From Alphaproteobacteria bacterium (GTDB lineage Bacteria; Pseudomonadota; Alphaproteobacteria; JAIXQD01): a stretch of DNA of 64,000 nucleotides. The stretch spans positions 256,490-320,489 of the forward strand of contig OZ251993.1 in the NCBI GenBank assembly GCA_965246895.1, read 5' to 3'. A program made the position numbers and the translations under genes. The notes beneath the pieces were generated by a model. That model saw only the letters and a program-made list of their open reading frames with translations, had not been told where the DNA came from and made no database searches. Shown here one piece after another: positions 55,442 to 64,000 of this stretch (the stretch's first letter is position 1; each line of letters starts with the position of its first letter).

Positions 55442-56175
55442 TGCAGGTAATTGTTGAAGCAGCGCGAATGATCGCCTTTAATATCGCGTTCTATCTTAGC
55501 CATATTCCAGTCTTGATCGGGCTGCTCATATTCCTGCCGGTGCCGCGCAAACAATATCTGCATTTCCTCCATCTCTCGATGAGTTGGTTTGAATTGCTGG
55601 AACGGCATATTTTGGGTTTGCGGTACGAGATGATCGGCCGCGAGAATCTGCCCAAAGATGGTTGCTATATTTTCGCCTCCAAGCATCAGTCGATCTGGGA
55701 GACTTACAAGCTGCATAACTGGCTGGGCGATCCTGCAATTATTATGAAGAAAGAACTGCTGGATCTTCCGCTTTGGGGGTGGAGTGCCCGCAAGAACCGC
55801 GTGATCGGCGTTGATCGCGGCGGGCGCGCGGCGGCAATGAAGTCGCTGGTTGAAGGCGGGCTTGATGCCAAGCGGCTGGGCCGGCCCATCACAATTTTCC
55901 CTGAAGGCACGCGCATGGCGCCTGGCGTAACGCGGCCTTATAAATACGGTGTGGCGGCATTGTACGAGGCGTTGCAAGTGCCAGTGATTCCGGTCGCGCA
56001 CAATGCCGGCTGCTTCTGGCCCAAAGCACCGTTTAAACAGCGTGGGGGCATAATCACGGTTGAGATTCTGCCCGCCATCCAACCCGGGCTTGCGCCTAAA
56101 GAGTTATTGGAACAGCTACAAAGCGCGATCGAGCCGGTTGCGACCAAACTGGCAAAAACGGCAAAGCTGCGTTAA
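55441..56175 (+). CDS. Lysophospholipid acyltransferase (PlsC family)
   Basis: Acyltransferase blocks ASKHQSIWE (HX4D-like) and FPEGTR. Confidence 0.85.
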   Translation: MQVIVEAARMIAFNIAFYLSHIPVLIGLLIFLPVPRKQYLHFLHLSMSWFELLERHILGLRYEMIGRENLPKDGCYIFASKHQSIWETYKLHNWLGDPAIIMKKELLDLPLWGWSARKNRVIGVDRGGRAAAMKSLVEGGLDAKRLGRPITIFPEGTRMAPGVTRPYKYGVAALYEALQVPVIPVAHNAGCFWPKAPFKQRGGIITVEILPAIQPGLAPKELLEQLQSAIEPVATKLAKTAKLR

Positions 56176-56187
56176 AAACGGAACATC

Positions 56188-57032
56188 ATGACTGACCTTA
56201 AAAGTCCGACTTACCTGGTTTGCCCGCCAACGCACTATGAAGTGTCTTACGTCATCAATCCGTGGATGCGGCCCGAAGAATGGGCGGCGCACCGCACAAC
56301 CTGGATCGCCAAGGCCGAAGCGCAGTGGCAGCAGCTGATCACGACGATGCGGCAGGTCGGCTGGGGCGTAGTTGAGATCGAGGGCGCGCCCGGCCTGCCG
56401 GATATGGTATTCGCGGCCAACCATGCGTTCGTGCTGAATAAAATCGCTTTCATCTCGCATTTCGCGACGCCTGAACGCGCTCCAGAAGAGCCGCTCTGTG
56501 CTGACTGGTTCCGTCGCCGCGACTTCGATACACGCCAGACGACAACGCATTACGAGGGTGGCGGCGATGCCCTTTATGACCGCTGGTGCGATACGATCTT
56601 CACCGGCGGCGGCGAGGTGGATGCGCTGCCGTTCCGCACGTCAGCTGCGATCGTGGAGGAGTGGCGGCGATCTATCAACGTAAAGTTGTGCAGCTGCCGA
56701 TGATCAATCCGTATTTCTATCATCTCGATACTTGTTTCTGCCCACTTGGCGAAGGCCGCGCGCTTTATGTGCCCTCTGCCTTTGGCGATGCCGGCACGCG
56801 GATTCTAAAAGACACTTATGGGAGTGGGCTGATCGCGGTGGACGAGGAGGATGCCCAGCATTTCGCCTGTAACGCCGTGGTACATGGGCGCGATATCATC
56901 ATGCCCCGTGTGGGGCCAGCCTTGACAGCCACACTGCATGAGCTTGGCTTCATAACGCAGCAGTTGGAGCTAGACGCCTTTATTCTAGCAGGCGGGGCTA
57001 GCCGCTGCCTGACGCTGAAGCTGACGGATTAG
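56188..57032 (+). pseudogene. Amidinotransferase-superfamily (DDAH/arginine-deiminase-like) gene disrupted by a frameshift near 56665-56680
   Basis: The family N-terminal half (...EGGGDALY...FRTSAAIVEEW) is in frame 1. The C-terminal half, including HLDTC and the terminal GGASRCLT catalytic-Cys region, is in the -1 frame (ORF 56586-57032). The two ORFs overlap by about 118 nt. Confidence 0.55.
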
Positions 57033-57041
57033 CAAGCAGCT

Positions 57042-57722
57042 TTAATCAAGCGTGTTCTCTATCACTCGTACGACATCATGGCCAAGTTGTACATGCGGGC
57101 GCTGCGGCTGCGTACGATCGGCGCAATGCCATACCCCGCAGGCTTTGAAGAAATTGTGTGTGGCGGGCGGCCCTTGCCAATAGCCGCCATCGATAGCGAT
57201 AATCGTAGGGCGCAAGCAAATATTATGGGTCAAGGCTATGGGCGCGCGCGTATGCGCATCGCGATGCAGCTGGCCCGTTACGGCAAACCCATGCCACGCA
57301 GAAATTTGGCCGTTCACGTAATGGCCGTCTGCTTGCATGAAGGCATGTGCTAGCGCCGTGCCGATCGCGAGCGACTCCATAAAGGCTGCTTGCAGGCGCG
57401 GGTCATGCGCGAAAAGAGACGCCGTGATAGCTCGCGGGACAGGAATAATTTCACCTTGTTCACGATAGTACGAGGTGGTTTCGGTGACTCTGCGTTCATC
57501 GTTTTGCCAAGTTGTGGGTAATGTCATGTGTTCAAGCTGCTCGCACATAAAAAGCGCGGCAACAGGATCGCGCGGCAATAAAGTCGCTGCTTGAACGGCC
57601 GGATCGCACAGGCGCTGAAGATCGCTTTGATTGCGCAAAATAACCCAGCCTGCAGGTGGATTTTGCAGGCTAATGGTGCGCGCCATAATGGGCGGCAATT
57701 GGCTTTTATGATTTAATTCCAT
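57042..57722 (-). CDS. Hypothetical protein (226 aa)
   Basis: Long ORF with plausible composition. No motif recognised. Confidence 0.4.
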   Translation of the reverse strand: MELNHKSQLPPIMARTISLQNPPAGWVILRNQSDLQRLCDPAVQAATLLPRDPVAALFMCEQLEHMTLPTTWQNDERRVTETTSYYREQGEIIPVPRAITASLFAHDPRLQAAFMESLAIGTALAHAFMQADGHYVNGQISAWHGFAVTGQLHRDAHTRAPIALTHNICLRPTIIAIDGGYWQGPPATHNFFKACGVWHCADRTQPQRPHVQLGHDVVRVIENTLD

Positions 57723-57807
57723 ACGGCTTCTTTATCGCAAGGGTTACCAGATTGGAACCTTTCTTAACTAAACTTCTTATAGCCACGACATCAAAGGATA
57801 ACTGAAT

Positions 57808-58218
57808 ATGGAACATGCAGCTACGACGGCCTCTAAACCAACGGTATTATTGGTTGAAGATTACGCGCCGAATGTAATGGTTGCCACGACCTATCTGGAA
57901 CTATTCGGCTATGATTGGGACGTTGCTGAAAACGGCTTCGAGGCAGTCGAAAAATGCAAGGCGGGTGATTACGCCGCTGTGATGATGGATGTGCAGATGG
58001 CTGGCCTTGATGGTCTATCTGCCACGCAGCAAATCCGTGATCATGAAGCGCAGACCGGCAAGCGCCGCTTGCCGATCATCGGCGTCACCGCCCTAGCGCT
58101 AACGGGTGATCGCGAGCGTTGCCTCAATGCAGGCATGGATAATTATGCCTCTAAACCGTTCAACCCGGATGAATTGAAAAAGATGATCGACGGGTACGCG
58201 GCACAGGCTGTGGCGTAA
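57808..58218 (+). CDS. Single-domain response regulator (CheY/DivK-like receiver)
   Basis: Receiver-domain residues: DD-like acidic pocket (VLLVEDYAPN), phospho-Asp (MMDVQMAGLDG), and conserved T and K (GVTAL; ASKP). Confidence 0.85.
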   Translation: MEHAATTASKPTVLLVEDYAPNVMVATTYLELFGYDWDVAENGFEAVEKCKAGDYAAVMMDVQMAGLDGLSATQQIRDHEAQTGKRRLPIIGVTALALTGDRERCLNAGMDNYASKPFNPDELKKMIDGYAAQAVA

Positions 58219-58881
58219 CTAAGGGAAAATAACGACTGGCGGTGTGGCTATATCTTCAGTGGGTTTTGGCGGTACGCGCGGGCTAACGGATGGCGCGGTC
58301 GGCTTTGGATTGGATTTCTTCTGCGCTTTTGCCTGTAGTCTTGTTTGCGCCTCGGCTTCGAATTGCTCCGGGCTGATGGCTTCGTCCCATAAGCGGTCGC
58401 ACTCCGTGGCATAAGCGGCGATCACCTTTTTATATTTGCGGATCACGAGCACATTTTCAGCGTTCTTAGTTTCGGCGGATTTCGTGTAATTGAAGCTGCC
58501 TAGCTGCAGCACCTTCTCGTCGATCACCATAAACTTATCGTGCATGATGGCGTAATGCTTGTTGATGCGCACGGGAAGCCCGCTTTGCTGCAGCTGCGGC
58601 AGAATACTGCTTTTGCCGCGCGCCTGGCTTTTATCGAGAGTTACCTTAACGGCAACGCCACGCGCCTTTGCGGCCAATAATGCATTCGCGATTGGTTCGG
58701 ACGTAAATGAATAAGCGGCAACGCAGACCGATTGCGTGGCGGCTTCGACCGTTTTGACGACCAGTTCCGTCGCGCCACGCTTGGGCGAAAAGGCGTTCTG
58801 CATGGTTGTCGAAGCGCCTTCATCCTCAGCCTGTGCCGTTGCGCTCGCAAGCAGCAGGCAGAATAAAAATAGCCGCTTCAC
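58219..58881 (-). CDS. Secreted phospholipase D-family nuclease (Nuc-like)
   Basis: Signal peptide, the HxK(x)4D motif (MHDKFMVID), GSFNYT, and a Pro/Lys-rich C-terminal tail. Confidence 0.8.
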   Translation of the reverse strand: MKRLFLFCLLLASATAQAEDEGASTTMQNAFSPKRGATELVVKTVEAATQSVCVAAYSFTSEPIANALLAAKARGVAVKVTLDKSQARGKSSILPQLQQSGLPVRINKHYAIMHDKFMVIDEKVLQLGSFNYTKSAETKNAENVLVIRKYKKVIAAYATECDRLWDEAISPEQFEAEAQTRLQAKAQKKSNPKPTAPSVSPRVPPKPTEDIATPPVVIFP

Positions 58882-59480
58882 CCCAACCGCTCGACGATCC
58901 AGCTGTTACCCATGGGTGACAGCTTGTAAGGCGTGGCATTATCGGTGCGCATATCCTGCCCTGTTAGCCGATAAACAAGGCCACGGAACCAAGTGCCATG
59001 TGAAACAAGCAACAGCGTCTCGTTTTGATGCGTCTGCAGTAAATCAAGCGTGGCGGCATAGGCGCGGTCGGCGATCATATCCATGGTTTCATGGTTGTTG
59101 CTAGGCAGTAGCGGCTGATAGCCGCCCCAATCAAGCGGCTGTGATAGATCATAGAATGTCTCTGGCGGGTGTAGCGCAATTTCAGCCCGGGTTAGCCCTT
59201 CGATCGGGCCATAGCAACGCTCGCGCAGGCGCTGGTCAGTCTCCAGCGGCGCGGGTAAATGCTCGGCAATATAAGTAGCGGTAACGAGGGCGCGCTGCAG
59301 ATCGCTGGAGATGATTTTCGTAATAGGCTCGTTTCGGAAGACTGTGGCGGCAGCGCGCGCCTGCGCATGGCCAGTCTCGTTCAGATGAATATCAGTTTGG
59401 CCTTGCAGGCGACCTTCGACGTTCCAATCCGTCTGTCCGTGCCGTAGGAAATAAAAGGGGCGTTTTTGTATATGTCTCAT
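58878..59480 (-). CDS. Histidine phosphatase family protein (PGAM-like)
   Basis: RHGQTDWN catalytic motif and the SSDLQRA segment. Start taken at MRHIQKRPFYFLRHGQT. ATGA overlap with the downstream nuclease gene. Confidence 0.8.
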   Translation of the reverse strand: MRHIQKRPFYFLRHGQTDWNVEGRLQGQTDIHLNETGHAQARAAATVFRNEPITKIISSDLQRALVTATYIAEHLPAPLETDQRLRERCYGPIEGLTRAEIALHPPETFYDLSQPLDWGGYQPLLPSNNHETMDMIADRAYAATLDLLQTHQNETLLLVSHGTWFRGLVYRLTGQDMRTDNATPYKLSPMGNSWIVERLG

Positions 59481-59536
59481 GTCAAAAGCGATAACAGGTC
59501 TTGGTAAAAAAGGGTAGCGGCGGCAAACTGCGGCAT

Positions 59537-60628
59537 ATGAAAAATCCAGCACGTATCTATCATCTATACGATTACCTGCAAGTTGCCGGCGGAGCGGAGC
59601 GTTTGGCGCTGACGCTTAGTCGCGGCCTGCCGGCCCGGCTCGTTGTTGCGCGGCGCTACGCGGCGGCTGATTACCTTACCAATGACAGCGCGGCAGACAT
59701 CAGAACGCTCGGCAGTTGGCTAACCCAAAATCTCGGTAGGGTGCCAGAAGCAATCGCCTGTTTTCTGTTTCGGAGCGGCTTTTTGTGCGATGCAGATTGC
59801 GTGATTTACAGCGGCTTTTACGCGCCCCTGGCCGTCTGGCGGCAGCGGCGCGGCAAAAAAATCTATTACTGCCATACGCCGCCGCGCTATGCCTTTGATT
59901 TGCGCGCTGCATATGCCCAGCGCTGTCCGCTCTGGCTGCGGCCTTTGCTTAATATTTGTGTAGTGGTCTATCGCTGGCTATATAAGCGCGCCTTGCAGAA
60001 GATGGATGTCATCATCAGCAATTCTGAAACTGTGCGGCAGCGGCTGCTAGAACATCTGGGGCTGAATTCGATCGTCATCCATCCGCCAATTGCTACAGAA
60101 AAGTTCGGCTGGCAGGGCGATGAGGGTTATTTTATATCGTCAGCGCGGCTGGAGCCGCGCAAGCGTGTCAACCGGATCATCGAAGCGTTTCGGTGGATGC
60201 CACAGCACAAACTAGTTGTGCTATCGGGTGGCAGCCAGTTGGAAATTTTGAAACAGCAAGCAGCAGGCTGCGACAACATCAGTTTCACCGGCTGGCAGAC
60301 CAATAAAAAGATCGCCCGGATTATTGGCCGGGCACGCGCGGCGCTCTATCTGGCGGCAGATGAAGATTTCGGCATGTCACCGGTCGAGGCGATGGCAGCA
60401 GGCAAGCCGGTCATTGGCGTTTGTGCTGGCGGCTTGCGCGAAACGATCATCGAGCAGACGGGTTGGCTGCTATCGCCCGATCCGACGATCGCTGAAATTA
60501 CGGCAGCCGTCGAAAACGTAACGGCAACATGCGCCGCAGCTATGCGTGCAGCTTGCGAGGCGCGCGCGGCGGAATTTTCAGAAACAGTCTTTATCGAAAA
60601 AATGCGTGGGATTGTGGGCGAAGCATGA
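59537..60628 (+). CDS. Glycosyltransferase family 4 (GT-B, group 1)
   Basis: C-terminal GT1 domain with the E-x7-E-like region (DEDFGMSPVEAMAAGKPVI). Start at MKNPARIYHLY. Confidence 0.8.
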   Translation: MKNPARIYHLYDYLQVAGGAERLALTLSRGLPARLVVARRYAAADYLTNDSAADIRTLGSWLTQNLGRVPEAIACFLFRSGFLCDADCVIYSGFYAPLAVWRQRRGKKIYYCHTPPRYAFDLRAAYAQRCPLWLRPLLNICVVVYRWLYKRALQKMDVIISNSETVRQRLLEHLGLNSIVIHPPIATEKFGWQGDEGYFISSARLEPRKRVNRIIEAFRWMPQHKLVVLSGGSQLEILKQQAAGCDNISFTGWQTNKKIARIIGRARAALYLAADEDFGMSPVEAMAAGKPVIGVCAGGLRETIIEQTGWLLSPDPTIAEITAAVENVTATCAAAMRAACEARAAEFSETVFIEKMRGIVGEA

Positions 60629-61755
60629 ATGTTCTGCATGTCTATAAAACCGCGCATCCTTATACCTATGGCGGGATCGAACAGGTTATTCATCAGCTTG
60701 CGTTGGGTAGTATCGCGCAAGGGATCACGCCCAGCGTGTTGAGCCTGCATGCGCCAGGGGCGGTGCCTACAAGTGATAATGCGCTGCCCTACGCAGTGCA
60801 TAGCCTGCCACGACAGCTCACCATCGCATCGAACGATATGGCGCTTGGGGTGTTTGCTAAATTCATCGCGCTGACGCGTAGTGCCGACTTGGTTCACTAC
60901 CATTTCCCATGGCCGACGATGGATGCCATGCACTACGTGAGCCGCTTGGCAGGCGTGCGCAAGCCATCGGTCGTCACGTATCATTCGGATATCGTGCGGC
61001 AGCAGGGTTTGCTGCGGCTGTATCGCCCGTTACAGAATGCATTTCTAAAGAGCGTTGATCGCATCGTCGCCACCTCGCCCGATTATGCGGCAACGAGCCA
61101 TGTGCTGCGAAGTTTCAGTGGCAAGGTCAGTGTGATTCCGATTGGTGTGGAGGAGCAAAGTTATCCGGTACCGGATGCGGCGCTGCTTAATAGCTGGCGG
61201 CAGAAAGTCGGCCCTAAGTTCCTGCTATTCGTTGGCGCGTTGCGTTACTATAAAGGATTACATGTGTTGCTAGAGGCCCAGCGCGGGTTCGACCTGCCGC
61301 TAGTCATCGCCGGTGACGGGACCGAAGCTGCGGCGTTGCGGCAGCAGGCGCAACAATTAGGTTTGAAGAACACGGTATTTTTGGGCCGGGTTGGCGATGC
61401 CGATAAAATGGCCTTGCTGCAGCTGTGCCATGCCTTTGTGTTTCCCTCCTGCGCACGGTCAGAGGCGTTCGGCGTTTCTCTGTTGGAAGCGGCGATGGTT
61501 GGCAAACCCATGCTCTCGACCGCGCTTGGCACAGGCACCAGTTTTATTAGCCGGCATGGCGAGACGGGGCTGGTCGTGCCACCGAACGATGCCGCTGCCC
61601 TGCGCGATGGCTTGCAGCAGCTGTGGACAGATGAGGCTTTGGCAGCGCGCTGTGGCGTGGCAGCACGGGCGCGTTATTTACAAGAATTTACTGCGGCTAG
61701 CATGGCAAGCCGCTATGCGGCTTTATACCGGGATGTGCTAGACGTTCCAGAATGA
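60625..61755 (+). CDS. Glycosyltransferase family 4 (GT-B, group 1)
   Basis: Its ATGA overlaps the previous gene. GT1 C-terminal domain (SEAFGVSLLEAAMVGKPML). Confidence 0.85.
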   Translation: MNVLHVYKTAHPYTYGGIEQVIHQLALGSIAQGITPSVLSLHAPGAVPTSDNALPYAVHSLPRQLTIASNDMALGVFAKFIALTRSADLVHYHFPWPTMDAMHYVSRLAGVRKPSVVTYHSDIVRQQGLLRLYRPLQNAFLKSVDRIVATSPDYAATSHVLRSFSGKVSVIPIGVEEQSYPVPDAALLNSWRQKVGPKFLLFVGALRYYKGLHVLLEAQRGFDLPLVIAGDGTEAAALRQQAQQLGLKNTVFLGRVGDADKMALLQLCHAFVFPSCARSEAFGVSLLEAAMVGKPMLSTALGTGTSFISRHGETGLVVPPNDAAALRDGLQQLWTDEALAARCGVAARARYLQEFTAASMASRYAALYRDVLDVPE

Positions 61756-62984
61756 GTTCGATTCAAGAAAAAATTCGCAGCTGGCTTGCACCGGAGTGTT
61801 TGCTGCCGCCATTAGGCGCATTGTGTCTGTTCGGTAGTTTGGCCGCGCCGCGCGGCACTTCCGCCATGCTGGCGATCTTTGCGCTGCTAACGCTATTTAG
61901 CTTCGCCATAGCAGGCAAGTTGAGGGCGTTCGCGCTGCCGCGCCTGCTGCAGGTTTTCCTGATCTGCTTTGGCTATTTTCTGTTGTCGGTCGCCTGGAGT
62001 CCATCGCCACGGGCGCTTGAGATGGGGCGCGATGCACTCATCGTTATGACGTCGAGCACGATTTTATTCGCCTCGCTGAATGCTTGGCCCGCGCTGCTTG
62101 TCGAGCGGGTAGCGCGCGCCTTTGCAATTAGCTTCGGCATTAGTCTTGCGTATCTGCTTTTGCAAGGCATCTTCGATTTTCCAATCAACCGTTGGGTCGA
62201 TCATCTAGGGCCGGATTATGTCATGCAGCTGTCTAACGTGCCAAAGCGTATGGGCGCGGCCTTGCTGCTTTTTGCCTGGCCGATTGCAGCTTATCTCACG
62301 TCGGCGCGACACCGTTTGTGGCTATCGATTTTATTGCTTGCTGAGATGGCGCTGACATTGCCCTTGCTGTTCAGCCGGACGGCCTTGGTGGGCGCAGCTG
62401 TGGGATTGTTGATCGGAGGTTTAGCGAAATGGCAGCCGCGCTGGGGGCGTACTATCGGGCTGCTGCTGCTGCCGCTCGGCATTTTAAGCGCGCTGTTAGC
62501 GATCGCGCTGTTATCCGTCATTCATGGCTATTTACTTTCCCATCTGCCATTATCAGGGCAGGAGCGACTAAACATTTGGCAATATACCATTCAGACCGGT
62601 GCTGCGGTATGGCCATTTGGAATCGGCCTTGATGGCAGCCGCGCTTTTGGGCCGCAAATTCAGACTCATCCTCATAATATTTATCTCCAAATCTTTTTAG
62701 AAGGCGGCTTGATCGGCACCTTGCTGGCAAGCCTATTAGGAGCAGTTGCTTGGGCAGAATTATGCAAGCTACCAAAGACTTTCCAGCCTTACTGCTGGGG
62801 CTTCATTGCCAGCCAGGCGATGTTGCTCGCTAGCGCTTATGGCTTATGGCAGGGTTGGTGGCTGGCCGCGCATGCCTTAGCCGCCTTCATGCTGGTTCTC
62901 GTTTCGCACCTGCCATCACACAATACTCTTGATCATCCGTTGTCCGTCATCATCGACAGCCATAGTGAGCAGCCAGGCGTTTAA
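61752..62984 (+). CDS. O-antigen ligase/polymerase family membrane protein (Wzy_C/WaaL-like)
   Basis: ATGA overlap with the upstream gene. At least 10 TM helices and a periplasmic-loop motif HPHNIYLQIFLEGGLIG typical of WaaL/Wzy_C. Confidence 0.8.
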   Translation: MSSIQEKIRSWLAPECLLPPLGALCLFGSLAAPRGTSAMLAIFALLTLFSFAIAGKLRAFALPRLLQVFLICFGYFLLSVAWSPSPRALEMGRDALIVMTSSTILFASLNAWPALLVERVARAFAISFGISLAYLLLQGIFDFPINRWVDHLGPDYVMQLSNVPKRMGAALLLFAWPIAAYLTSARHRLWLSILLLAEMALTLPLLFSRTALVGAAVGLLIGGLAKWQPRWGRTIGLLLLPLGILSALLAIALLSVIHGYLLSHLPLSGQERLNIWQYTIQTGAAVWPFGIGLDGSRAFGPQIQTHPHNIYLQIFLEGGLIGTLLASLLGAVAWAELCKLPKTFQPYCWGFIASQAMLLASAYGLWQGWWLAAHALAAFMLVLVSHLPSHNTLDHPLSVIIDSHSEQPGV

Positions 62985-63548
62985 ATCCTGATTAGATTTT
63001 CCGAGTTGGCCAAATACAGCCTGAGCCATAGAGATGAACTGCTCGAACGAGGGTATCTGCCGCTGAAAGAGAAAATGACTATCAGTAATGCCGAGCTTGC
63101 TGTGGATGTCTTTCAAAAGCTCCAGTGGCCGCATCGCTAGGCTATATAAACCCCCTTCCATGAGCGCATGGCTATAGTAATTGCATAGCTCGCCAAGGCT
63201 GATATCAGCGGACGGATTATTGTTTTGCAGCATAGTGAGACAGCGGTCGAAAGTGGTTTCGCTAGCTTCGGTATCACCGCTGCAGGCATAAGATGCCAGC
63301 AGCGAGACAAGGATCGGAAAAGCGGGATTGGGGAACGACTCGAAAACGTTGATGGCGTTTTTGTAGTCTTGCAACTGAAAATAAGTTAGACCCAAATAGT
63401 AAGCTGCCTCATCGCCACTCTGCGCGCGAGCGGTTTCAAGGAGAGCAGTAAGTCGAGCCTCTGTTTCTTTGCCGCTCGCAGCACGCGCTTCCCCCATAAT
63501 AGCCTGATAGGCTGCCTTAAGATCGGTGGCAGGTGTTTGAAACTTCAT
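62916..63548 (-). CDS. Hypothetical TPR-like protein
   Basis: 210 aa with TPR-like helices (AAYYLGLTYFQLQDYKNAINVFE). It converges on and overlaps the 3' end of the ligase gene. Confidence 0.45.
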   Translation of the reverse strand: MKFQTPATDLKAAYQAIMGEARAASGKETEARLTALLETARAQSGDEAAYYLGLTYFQLQDYKNAINVFESFPNPAFPILVSLLASYACSGDTEASETTFDRCLTMLQNNNPSADISLGELCNYYSHALMEGGLYSLAMRPLELLKDIHSKLGITDSHFLFQRQIPSFEQFISMAQAVFGQLGKSNQDLNAWLLTMAVDDDGQRMIKSIV

Positions 63549-63648
63549 TGTTAAATCCCTTATTGATCAATAAACGTAAAGGTGAAAGTTAAAGCAAAAC
63601 TTAAATATTCCTGTTGCCTTTTATGTCTTTTGTTCGTACTTTGTTCTT

Positions 63649-64000
63649 ATGGAAACGATTGCCAAATTGGCCATTTTGGCAGATGCCGCCAAATATGATG
63701 CCTCTTGCTCGTCCAGCGGTTCGAAGGCGAAGCGCAAAGATATGGGCGGTGAAGGCCCTGGTCTTGGCAGCTTAAACGGGCAAGGCATTTGCCATAGTTT
63801 TACACCCGATGGCCGCTGCGTCTCGCTGCTGAAGATTTTGCTGACAAACTATTGCATTTTCGATTGCAAATATTGCATCAACCGCGTTTCAAGCGATGTC
63901 GAACGCGCGCGCTTTACAGTCGACGAAGTCGTCAAGCTGACGCTCGACTTTTACCGCCGCAATTATATCGAGGGGCTGTTTTTGTCCTCCGGTATTATTC
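63649..64000 (+). CDS. Putative DNA modification/repair radical SAM protein (5' partial, runs off the window)
   Basis: N-terminus ...LLKILLTNYCIFDCKYCINR holds the CxxxCxxC radical-SAM cluster motif in the context typical of this family. Confidence 0.7.
   Translation, partial: METIAKLAILADAAKYDASCSSSGSKAKRKDMGGEGPGLGSLNGQGICHSFTPDGRCVSLLKILLTNYCIFDCKYCINRVSSDVERARFTVDEVVKLTLDFYRRNYIEGLFLSSGII

Noticed and set aside
1-64000. tRNA, rRNA, CRISPR arrays, IS elements/transposases, integrases
   Set aside because: Manual scans for T-loop-like GGTTCGAATCC patterns, direct repeat arrays and transposase-like ORFs found nothing convincing. A covariance-model scan (tRNAscan/Infernal) would be needed to exclude small RNAs.

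Overview
This is a 64 kb chromosomal segment at about 58-60% GC. Its gene content and synteny look alphaproteobacterial: DUF2336, DUF1465, cpdR, rpoH adjacent to rluD, ftsEX followed by DUF218 and plsC, a eukaryote-type icd, and an RNase E with an acidic insert. It is dense with housekeeping genes in the order icd, PBP1A, rpmH-rnpA-plsY-dprA-topA-rnr, rpmG, rne, an M48/TPR peptidase, dsbA-like, hsp20, rpmE, ffh-rpsP-rimM-trmD-rplS, maeB, dut, rpoH, rluD, tyrS, lysS, clpB, ftsEX-plsC. Small accessory pockets sit between these blocks.

The pockets worth a second look are:
- A roughly 1.5 kb island at about 45% GC (38069-39628) carrying an XRE-HTH fusion protein translationally coupled to a GNAT-like acetyltransferase.
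- A pair of overlapping ORFs of unknown function (20111-21564).
- A GtrA/GtrB/DUF1653/GT-C membrane glycosylation operon (45328-48550).
- An envelope glycosyltransferase/WaaL-like cluster next to a secreted PLD-family nuclease (58219-63548).
- A membrane-anchored DUF2726 protein (49997-50608).
- A frameshifted amidinotransferase-family gene (56188-57032).
- A 26-bp box conserved 24/26 in two unrelated intergenic regions (4102-4127 and 48548-48573).

I found no tRNA or rRNA genes, no CRISPR array and no transposase. Everything is read from the sequence and ORF translations only; no database search was possible.
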